Shown here in pieces: positions 48,901 through 59,253 of a stretch of DNA of 64,000 bases. The notes under the pieces are model-generated. The model saw nothing but the letters and a program-made list of their open reading frames with translations, ran no database searches and was not told the origin of the DNA. Made by a program: the position numbers and the translations under genes. Position 1 is the first letter of the stretch. Every line of letters starts with the position of its first letter. Source of the stretch: Paraspadella gotoi (taxonomy: Eukaryota; Animalia; Chaetognatha); assembly GCA_051294375.1 (NCBI GenBank), contig CM119268.1, positions 16,373,074-16,437,073 on the forward strand, written 5' to 3'.

Positions 48901-51900
48901 CTATCTGTAAAAAAAAACTTATCTAGCTTTTCAGTGAACTCACTCTGTCAAAATTTGTAACTTCAATTTAAATTTTTAATGGACTTTGTTTGCCATAGAG
49001 AAAAAGTCAAAAATGTAGGTATAATATATATTTCGTTTCGCAAACCTGCAAGAATCTCTGCGGTTTGTCAACGACCTTCAAAGAGACCAAACTTTGGCGA
49101 CACTCCACGTCTTTCCTCGCTTTCTCGCGAGCGAATCGCACCTGGAGAGAAATATATAGAGAAAATGACACACGGACAGTCACTTTTTTTCGATATGTAT
49201 CTTTTTCATAGTTTTTTTAATTCGTAACCTCGTAAACGTGATTCGTCGATAGGCGGCGCGTCAGCATCTTTTCCGGCGCCACGTGTCTTCGCCGCCAGTC
49301 GGCGTTGTACAGCGTCGCCGTCTCTAAGACGTCGCGAGGGCGAAGGCTGAAGAAAAGAAAAAAGGCACCGAGATAGACTGAAAGGGAAAACAAGAGTCAA
49401 ACAGTCTCAGATCAACGGATTCTCTCTTCACCTACTTTCTGCAGTCGATCTTGAACGCCCTCTCGATGGCTAGATCTACGAGGTGATCGACGACCACCTC
49501 GGCGACACCTTCCACGCCTCCGTAACCAGGGAAGACACTGACGTCTACAACGAAGTTTGAGCCGATCGTGGGAGAGCAGACGATGTCGACGCCCAGAAGA
49601 GAGAAATTTAGCCGATCGGTGAAGGACTTGAGAGAGGGAGAAAGAGCAAGAACGAATTAGTTTTCCAGCCCTCTATTATAAGGGAGTATAGCTCAGCGGT
49701 AGAGCATTCGACTGCAGATCGAGAGGTCCCCGGTTCAAATCCGGGTGCTCCCTTTGGACTTTACTGTTCTTTTTCTCCTTTATTCGTTTTTAGTACTCAA
49801 CCTCAACCTCCATTCTCCGACCACAAATTTATTGAATATCAGAATATTAATGAATTAATAGTATATGTATCATTATCAGGGAGTATAGCTCAGCGGCAGA
49901 GCATTCGACTGCAGATCGAAAGATCCCTGGTTCAATTCCGGGTGCTCCCTTTAATCTTGTTGTTTTTTATTCTTATCAGCAAATAAATATTTCTTCAGTT
50001 AAATTATGATACTGTGGCACCAGTCCTCATCCTCTTCTCAGTACCTGAGCAGGCTAAATCACATCGTTACAATTTTACGTCCCGGGTTCAATCCCTGGGT
50101 ATTCCCCTTCTGTCTTAGGCGGTCACTGCGGGTTGGCAACCCCTACGCCATTTGGTGAGAAACCCTGCGCCTTGGGTATCACAGGTATTACTCCCGTTAC
50201 CATAATATTCCATTATGGATGAAATGGTGTATACTGTATATCTCAGACTGCAGATCGAGATGTCCCCTGCTTGATATTTAATTTTCTACTATTACCTGGG
50301 CGAGTCGATTAAATGTCTGGGCCCCGACCATCGCGCACTCGTCCACTGGACAGAATCCGAAGTTTCTTCTTCTTTTCTTTAGATTCGCCAAATCAAAAAC
50401 GACGTAACCGCCTTTTGGAGATTCCTGTTGGACGGAACATTTGTTGCTAAGTCCAATAGATTATTTATTTTAAATAAATAACTCTTAACCATTTGGTAAA
50501 TTGAACAATCTCTGTACTTATATTATGTTGTTTACTAACTTCTACCATATGCAAACTAGATTGCGGAACTTAAAAGACCTTTAGAGGCACGACTTCTCCA
50601 TCCAGAGCTTTGGCTAGGCCGGCCAGCGATTCCGGCGACAAAACGGGAGGAAAATTCGGAAGAGGGGATCTCTTAACCAAATAAACGGTTTTGCCAACGA
50701 CAAATAACTGGAGAAGAAGTGGTAAGTTATGAGTCTCTCTTTCTTTCTCTTTTCTCTCTTTTTCTTTCTCTCTTTCTCTCTTTCTCTCTCTCTCACACAC
50801 GCACACTAACAAAACCTTCAACAGCCTCCCATCGTGCTCGACGAACTGTTGGAAGAGTAGGTCTCGCTCGGAGCGCCGGAGGAAGTCGTCGGCGGCGGCG
50901 ACGTCGGCGACGATGGCCGACTCCTCGAAGTCCGACTGGAGCGGCTTAGCGATGGCGGGGAAAGGGACGAGGGCAAGAAGCTCCAGAAGAGCCTCACGGT
51001 CGCGCTGTGGGTTAGCCGGTCGCAGGAGTGGATGGGGACCTTTACCACATGACTCTGATCGTTAGCGAGGATCTCACCGCTTTCTCCGATTCCGTTCGAT
51101 GCAGATTTTTCCGCTCCTCGGTCTCTTCTTCAGCCGCCATCGCTTCCGCCGCCGCTTCCAGCTCCCCTGCCGCCGCCGCAGCCGCAGCCGCCTCCGCAGC
51201 CGCCTCCGCCTCCGTTTCCGAAATCAAAGTTTCGATCGTCGGCCGCCTCCACCGAACCACGACGGATTTGGGAGAGCGGAAGGGGAAGGGTGGGCCTAGT
51301 GTTTCGGGAATCGGGGTCTTGCGGGACAGTGAGGGATAGATCAGACGAAATAGTACTTAGGGTGGTTAGAATCTCCATTTTATCACTTAGTGACATTCAT
51401 TAGTGTTGAAAGGTAGAGGACTCACATCGACGGTCGCTGATCCTAAAAGAGGTTGGAATTCGGGTTAAATTACATTATAAAATGTTAATGTTATTTATAA
51501 ACAAAACATTTATAGGGAACTTGAATATTTGCCTGCGTCTGTCTCGGCGGGAATGGGGACGAGGCCTTCAGAAAGGTTGACCCCATCGCAAACTCTTTCG
51601 ATCAAAGCCTAAAAATCGACAAAATGCATTCGGCTGTTAAAATGGACAAACGATAAAACGGAAAAACGGACAAACGGACAAATGGATCCGCGACGACGAC
51701 GAAATAGAAGACAAAAGCAAATACTCAATTACTCACTCCCATCCTTTCTCGGTCGCACACGATTTGCGAGGCTTGAAACGGGACGAGCTCTAAACTCTGG
51801 ATGTGAGCGTCGTGTTGCGTCCTAAAGGCTGCGAATTGATAAAATTGATTGATTTATCGATTGTTTTAATTTATTAATGGATTGATTAGTTTGCATAAAC

Positions 51901-52619
51901 GATATAAAATTGTCACATAATTTACCCAAGTAATTATTAAGGGCGCCGGCAGCGACTTCATTTTCAGTGGCGCCGCAGATGTCGGCGCTGATTTTTGTGA
52001 TCAGGAAATCGGGTCGCTCGCCGTTCGCCTCTAGCGCCGCCCATTGCTGAGGCGAATGAAGATAACATTTTAAAAATAGATAAGGATACATCACATATCA
52101 AAGATAAATGAATTGGATAGGCTTGAAATGTACTATACAACGCGAAATCAACTATAGATGAATTATCAGAGATAAATCATCACAGAAATGTAACCATTCA
52201 AAGTTTTTTATACATTCTGCTTGAAGCTACATTGTTTTCTCAAAACTACCTTCCACCTTTTACTTTACTTCCAACCTCAGTAGTGACAACCTCATTCAAA
52301 TCTTCTCCCAGATCCATTTCCACGAATTCCACGTTTTCTCGACTCTTCATCATCTTCATCTTCTTCTCCCTTCGACTTAGCACCGTGGCCAGCCTCAGCC
52401 CTCGCGGCCGGCCCATGCGGGGCGGGTTTTCGGGCTGCAACGGCGCCGTGCAGGGTCCGCGGGCGCGGCAGTGACACGTCTCAGAGGTGGCGCCATCCGG
52501 GAGCTGGATGGGCTCTGGGTAAAGGGGGAAGTCTTCTTGGCAAAGGTCGCGGCAGTGATGGTGGTGAACAGGCAGGCAGGCGGCATCGGTGGGGCAGGGC
52601 AGGGGTGTGGTGTGGGGAT
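45993..52619 (-). CDS. ITPK1-like ATP-grasp inositol phosphate kinase fused to a choline/ethanolamine kinase (APH-fold)-like domain, ~19 exons; 5' end uncertain
   Basis: ITPK1 half: 52619-52291, 52046-51926, 51821-51737 (1-nt deletion needed), 51608-51533, 51442-51426, 51317-51078, 51004-50816, 50707-50579, 50424-50296, 49626-49436 (DFLITKIS, CDRERM, FPAIAKP, QQFVEHDGRLLKLFVVG, LLGVDIV, VVDVSVFPGYGGV). Kinase half: 49346-49229, 49141-49046, 48869-48766, 48680-48578, 48373-48065, 47780-47571, 47250-~47060, 46441-46324, 46117-45993 (TNHVY, LVDFH, VFGHSDCGAENV, LIGEEWAGPN..YDLA). Confidence 0.85.
49682..49753 (+). tRNA. tRNA-Cys (GCA)
   Basis: 72-nt cloverleaf: acceptor GGGAGTA/TGCTCCC, anticodon arm TTCGA-CTGCAGA-TCGAG, T arm GGTTCAAATCC, discriminator U. 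Confidence 0.97.
49879..49950 (+). tRNA. tRNA-Cys (GCA), second copy
   Basis: Same cloverleaf with a few substitutions. Confidence 0.92.
50013..50204 (+). mobile_element. L1 mini LTR-like element
   Basis: TGTGGC...TACCATA flanked by atac/atat (near-perfect 4-bp TSD); shares the tRNA-like core and 3' structure with 30548-30790. Confidence 0.8.
50243..50272 (+). pseudogene. tRNA-Cys fragment
   Basis: gactgcagatcgagatgtcccc matches the anticodon arm and variable region of the adjacent tRNAs; the other arms are lost. Confidence 0.55.
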
Positions 52620-52993
52620 CTGATTGGTGAAGTGAAAGGAACGTGATGATTTTAAATAATAATTTCTCGGTTTTTTTTTTTTTTTTTTTGAATGTGCGTA
52701 TTAATAAATGCTCGACAGTCTACATACGACACAATGAAAAATGGCGTAACGTTACTGTTCCTGCATAAAAAAAATTCACTGATCAATATTATTATATTTC
52801 TTTTTATTTTTTTGAAAATGGTATAGTTTCATATATTGATATCCAAAATATCAATGCAAAATCTTTTTTGTTTTTTTAGATATGACTGAATATAGGGTGA
52901 AAGATGATAAATTTTTTTAAAAAAGTTACTTATTCATATTTATTCATAGAATTGTAATAGAAAAAATTTAAAAAAATAATAGTACTAATAGTT

Positions 52994-54090
52994 AGTGTTA
53001 TGTCTCAAATAGATGGAAAAAAAACTTATTTAAAAATTCGATTGGAAGTGGGGTACTTAAGGTTTACAATGGCATCCTCAACGCCGATTGTTCTTTCAAA
53101 TAATTTTTTTTATTTAATACATTTGAAAGGGAAAAAAAGAAAATTTGGAATGCAGGTTGCAGAAAGGGTACAGATAATCTGGACTTATTGACATGATAAC
53201 AATGACCTTTTTATATCTTGTAAAATGGGGGCCAGTAAAAAAATCTAAAAAATTTCTCATTAAGTCAGTCAATGAACCTTGCCAATGGGCTATTCCGGAA
53301 ATTTTTTATCTTAATAAAACGGATGATAAGTATAAAATTAAATTCCTTGCTAATATTTAAAAAAAAATTATCAATACAATTTAAACACAATGATGTTTTG
53401 CTTTGTCAAATATGTTACCAGCTATATAATTTTTTACAAACTTTATTATGATAAACAAGCAGTGTGTCAAGCTTTTAGTTTGCAGTTAAAGATAATGAAA
53501 AATGACGATTTTTTTTTCATAGACAAGAAGGTAGATGTCCAGACTGTTTATATCAAGCTGAAAACATTTTTGTATTTATCATTTTTAATATTTAAAAATA
53601 CATTTTATCAAGCTACAACATAAATTTTTGCTTGTTTTTTACTTTAATTGAAAAATATATAGCAATTTTATGGAATAAAGAAAATTTTAGTAATACAAAA
53701 ATGTAATTCAGTCTTTCCTTTTCAATTACAAAAGAAAAAGAAAAAATTTCATATGCTTCATTGAAATTTTTAAAGCAAAAACTGTTATACTTTTAACTCT
53801 GATTTAAACAAAAGCTGTGTAAAGATTTATGGATTTAATTTAATAAAACTCTTTTAGAAAGGTGTCCCATGATTAGGGCTTTAATTTGATACCACATCCA
53901 CCTTACTGACCTCTTTTCCTTTCAAAAGTTATTAATAAAAATAACTTTTTTTAATTACGCAGTACAAATCTTTGTTAAATAAAAAATTTCGGGCAAAGCG
54001 GGAGTATCTCACTTATTTCTATTGGTACAATACTTAAATTTCAAAATAAAACTTGAAGAAAATTTTTTTGTCATTTAGAGACATACCACT
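52994..54090. mobile_element. AT-rich non-autonomous DNA transposon remnant (~1.1 kb)
   Basis: agtgttatgtctc vs gagacataccact terminal inverted repeats, with weaker inward extension. Confidence 0.45.
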
Positions 54091-54254
54091 TTCAGATGTA
54101 CCCATCATATAATAATTTAATTTTTTTATCTCCCCCAAAAAAGCCTAATTAGAAAAGTTGAAATTTTTTCAAATTGTTGGAAAAAAAATTTCGTCCAACG
54201 CTATGCTCATTGAGAATAATGGTTTTGCATAGAAAATCAAAATATCAAAAAAAT

Positions 54255-54303
54255 AAAAAAATCAGCCTCTAAAAAAATCGAAAGGCTAGAGGCTGATTTT
54301 TTT
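54255..54303. repeat. 17-bp-arm hairpin
   Basis: aaaaaaatcagcctcta / tagaggctgattttttt. Confidence 0.85.
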
Positions 54304-55306
54304 AGAATTGCAAAATTTTTTTCTGACTCATAATCCATTATTCTCAAGTTTCAAAATATTTTTTTTCCAAAATAAATTCAATCAATTTTTTTTTTATTAA
54401 TTTAAAATGTTTTTATGATTTGTTTTGTTTGAAAGAATTGAAAAAAAGTGAAAAATATAGTAATTATATAAGGTTTTTGAAAATACCTTTAAAATATTTA
54501 AAAATTAGAATAAGGGGAGTAAGCAGAGAAAACTTCCCATTCATAAAGAAAATTGAAAATGAATTTGTCATATTGTTTATTTAGATTAATTGACTAATTA
54601 CAAACAAATGATTCATATAAATTGAGGAAATGATGGGTAAAAATATTCATCTTGGTCTCGGTTAACTATTAGGTTATCGTTAAAGTTTGTTTTAAATAAT
54701 ATTAATATTTTTTTTGCATTTATAAAAGCAATGGTCTAAAATTTTGTAAGCGTTTCGAGCTATATTGCTTCATCTTTTTTACTATTTTGATCTAGTTAAC
54801 TTTTTTGTTGATGGTCAAGGGTTATGGTCAGATACAGTAATGTCCAGTAGTATATAGTCGCACAATATTACCAAAAGTAATGATCAATTAATTTGGCTCA
54901 GAAACAATTTTAAAGGGACAAAATCAGCACGAGACCATTTCGCCACGTTAATTTTTCATTTGTGTCATACAGGTAATCAACGAAAAGATGTCTCAATTAG
55001 TCAATGATTTGAAAAAAGAAAATTAATTAAGATAATATTTTTTTTTCAAAAAAAATATGCGAGTTCAATCCGTCAATGATCATTAAAAGCCACCAAGCAC
55101 CAGAAAAAAACAAACAAGTAAATTGTAACGACTGAATAATACTGAAAGACATTATAACAAAATTCGTCTGTTCTTAACGTAAATAAAGAAGAATGACGAG
55201 AGTTAAACTCGAGAATTCCCTTCTCATTTTCTCTTTCTCTCCTCCACCCTCTCTTTCTCTCCTCCTCCCTCTCTTTCTCCCTCCTCCCTCTCTTTCTCCC
55301 TCTCTC

Positions 55307-58300
55307 TCACAGCCAACTCTCCTCGCACTTCCACTCCTCCCCTCCTCCTCCTCTTCCTCCTTCTCCCAGCAGCAGCCCCGCGATGCAGGCGGTGGCGAAG
55401 CAGGCCGCGTTCCCCGTGATCATGGCGCGAAGGACGACGGCGCTGACGTCGCGGGCCCGGCGCGGTGCCAGCGCCGCGAGGGCGCCGATCATGACGCCGA
55501 TGGAGCAAAAGTTGGAGAATCCGCAGAGGGCGTAGGTGGCGATGGTCTCCGAGCGCTGGGAGACGAAATGGGGAGAGAGGGAGAGGGAGTCGTTGAAGAG
55601 AGAGAGAGAGACGGAGACGTTGGCGACGCCGCAGCTCGATCTAGGGATCGCGTTCAGGGTAAGGTTGTATTTCTGAATCGGGAGGGAAAATTGGCGAATG
55701 TTTGTTTGTTTTGTTTGTTTGTTTTAAGTTGTAATAATAACCTTAATCTAACTTTTAAGTTATAATAATAACCTTAATCTAACTTTTAAGTTGTAATAAT
55801 AACTTTAATCTAACTTTTAAGTTGTAATAATAACCTTAATCTAACTTTTAAGTTGTAATAACAACCTTAATCTAACTTTTAAGTTGTAATAATAACCTTA
55901 ATCTAACTTTTAAGTTATAATAATAACCTTAATCTAACTTTTAAGTTGTAATAATAACCTTAATCTAACTTTTAAGTTGTAATAATAACCTTAATCTAAC
56001 TTTTAAGTTATAATAATAACCTTAATCTAACTTTTAAAGCTTTATCAAAATCTATCAAAAAAAAAAACTACAAAATTTTTAAAAAATTTAGCTTTATATA
56101 GAAATAATGCTTCCGTGTGCTTATCTCTAAGGTAAATCTTAAAACTATTTTCACTTTCATATTCTCTCACAGTCACTTTACCATAATCTATTTGTGAGAA
56201 CTTCTATTTTTCAACCCGTTCCGCCCTAATGAGTAGCGGATACTGAGACTAGTTCGACCTAGATAGTAATTCATCCATCCATCAATTTAACAGCAATTTC
56301 TCCTCAACCTCTCCACCACCAATTATCGCCCCAGCCCCAGCCCCAGCCCGCTCACCGCCAACTCCATCTCGTTCCACATCCTGGTCCGCTTCAACTTCCC
56401 CAATTCCTCGAAGGCGACGAACTCGTTGACGATCGTCTTGAGCTGTGCCCACGAGTGCGATCCAGCGCAGTGGTAGGCTCACGCATCAGCCGCGAAGGGC
56501 GGAAGGCTAGCCGGACGAGAGATTGAGCTGAGTTCTGGTCACAGAGGATCGCGGATTCCCACCAGTTCGCCGAGTATCTGCGAGGAGGAGGAGGAGGAGG
56601 AAGATGAGACTCTCGTGGTCGGATGAGAGGAGAAGAGGAGGAGGAGGAGGAAGAAGGATAGAATAGAAACAGAGAAGGATGAACAGAAGAGAGGCAGGAG
56701 ATGACGTTACAGACAACAACAAACATTTACTGCAGGCGGCGTGGGCGAAGGCGACTAAGAGTGAAGCATGAGATTGGCGGCGAGCCGGCGCGAGCGCCAC
56801 GCCGTTCGAGGCGCCCGTCGACGCCGCTCCAGGATGTGCTCTGTAGGGACTGGCTGGACCATTGCTCAACATCGGGGAAGGTGTCGAGGATTTGGTCTTC
56901 CGGGTAGATAAAGCTGAATGGGGATTTGGAAGCATGGCAGGGTAGGGTGAGCGGTGGGGGGTGGGAAGGAAGAGGATCCGAGGGTGGGGGATGAGGATGA
57001 GGGGGTAGGGGTGGATAAGGATGAAGGAGGGTAGGGTAAGAAGAGAATGAAGAGGGTCGGGGTAAGGATAGAGGATGAAGCGCGGGGCTTTTTCGATGGT
57101 AGGTGTAGGTAAGTAGGTTCTGGCGATAGGGTCATCCTCTACTTAGGAATGGAAATTGGAATTAATTTTGTGTGTGGGTAGAGTATCGTATTGTTTTTTC
57201 TGTAAGAATTGAATTTCACTATTGATTAGATAATTTCACACCTGCCACTTCTGATTCCCAGCAGTATCTCGCTCTTCCCTACAACCCCCCCGCCCAAATA
57301 AAACTTTGCCATTGCCAATGGCGGCGGCCGGACATGAATGAGCGCAGAGAAGATGAAGAGTTCTCGACGTCCGAAGCCGATTAGGCGCCGAGAGTCGATC
57401 CGGCGACCGTCGCCATTGCGGAAGTGAGGACGGCGTGGGATCTCGATGGAGGGTATGTGCCGAGAAAGGCGGATGACAGAGGCGCTTCGCTCTTGACTGA
57501 ATGAGGTTGGAGACGGCGACGAGGGACTTCGGCCTGCGGTGGTGCCCATCGCCAGGGCAGTCAACCAAGAGACCTGGGGTCGTTGTAACGGGAGATTCGA
57601 GTCATTTGAAGAGCTAACAGAAGCCTTTTAGGAATTTTCGGCACAGAGCAGGTGAGGGGTTGTTGTAAGTATGGTAAATATGAAGTTCGTAAATACTGAT
57701 GACAGTAGACTGCTTTTTTATGACTTTGTGAACGGGAGGCGGGGGCCGACCTTTTGGGTGCATGGTCTATCACTCCTTTTTCTCTTCAGTCTTTTATCTC
57801 TCTCTAATCTCTGCTTGGTTTTAGATAAAACAGATGACACTATATAACGAAATATCCGGACAATTGTGATTTTGTCTTTACATTGTATGCTCCATTTAAG
57901 AACTATTTAAAATTAAAAAATAATAACTGAATCGACCTTTTTTAATTGAGTAACAGCCATCACGCCCCGTGTGAATAAACGATGCGACGCAGGAAGAGAA
58001 AGATGACCGATGGAATGAATTGGAAGGCGGAAGAATGAAAGAAAATCGTGACCCGCGCTCAAAACCTGAATGATTGATTTTGATTTGATGATTTGGATTG
58101 ATTTGATTGGATTTGATTTTGATTTGATTGATGATTTTATTGGATTGATGATTGGGATGACTTTATTGATTGATCATTCGTTAAATCATCAATTTCTCAT
58201 TCATATAAGTTCATACATTCATTCATTCAGTTCATTCGTTCATTCATTACATTTGTATTGATATATACATAAGTCATAACAGATTATTTGTTAGATAACT

Positions 58301-58480
58301 TTATGCGTTATTAACCATTGATCAATTAAGTCACTTATAATTTTATGGAATTCATTTAATGTATTGATTGAGAGTTGCTGACTTTGTTTTCTCTACCCTT
58401 GACGTTGAATACGAACTTCGGCGCCGTAAGAGGAGTAGTTGAGAAGATTCCGTTGTTGATGCAGGCGAATCGAAAGAAGC
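55307..58480 (-). CDS. Concentrative nucleoside transporter (SLC28/CNT family), copy A: central and 3' exons, many indels
   Basis: Last exon RSETIATYALCGFSNFCSIGVMIGALAALAP...FATACIAGLL; upstream exons retain AASTGASNG, NEFVA and EAPL..RP-like motifs across frameshifts. Confidence 0.85.
55722..56037. repeat. 31-bp minisatellite (aagttgtaataataaccttaatctaactttt) x ~10
   Basis: Directly visible; no spacers between units. Confidence 0.95.
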
Positions 58481-59253
58481 AGAACTTAAAGGAGAGGGAA
58501 ACAAAGTGACGCGTCGCGGGACGCCTGGGATAGTTATTGTAAATCGGTTATTGAATACTTTTCTTAATCTCCTACTAGGATTTGTTCTCTTACTGTTCTC
58601 TACTATGAGCATTTCCCTTTACTTCTCTATAGAATTTGCTCTTCCTGTTGTACCACTAGATCTTCACTAGCTATAATTTTTACATGTTTATCTTAATAAC
58701 AGATGGCTGTAAAAACGAAGGAGCATTTTAAACCACACAAAATGAGCAATAAAATTTATTTTAAAGTTACACCACCAGAGGTTTTAATATTTTTCTTGTA
58801 AACAAAAGGAATCAGTCCCATTAAAAATTTTAGTCTTCTCACCATATTTTACTAGAGGGCTCTACAAAGACGGAACTTTTTGTAAGAAAAACGACTTCTA
58901 AAATAAAGTTTTAGGCTGAAACACCCACTAGAATCTTAACGTGCCCCACTGCTTCTTCAACAAAATGCAATTGAATCTTTGGTAAATTTTATTATTTAGA
59001 AAAATTATTTTTTGAATAAATTTTACAAGTATTTTTTTCTTATTCTATTTTATTCTATTCTTATTCTATCTCCCGGACCTTTGGATGTGGGAGGCAAATG
59101 ACTTGCCTCCTGCCCAATGGCCGCCTGAATGAACGGTTGTGGATTTTAGGTCCACCATAGAGAACGTTTCGCGACTACCACCCACACCCAACCGACCAAC
59201 CACACAATCATACCTCCACTCCCCGAGCCNNNNNNNNNNNNNNNNNNNNNNNN

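Noticed and set aside
51028-51339. Plus-strand ORF beginning MDGDLYHMTLIV
   Set aside because: Antisense shadow of a minus-strand ITPK1-like exon and intron, which already give a phase-consistent model.
55722-56037. 31-bp repeats resembling a CRISPR array
   Set aside because: Units are contiguous with no unique spacers, inside a eukaryotic intron: a minisatellite.
56400-58480. Frameshifts suggesting a CNT pseudogene or programmed frameshifting
   Set aside because: Dense 1-nt indels also affect introns and other duplicated blocks, as expected for uncorrected long-read gap fill.
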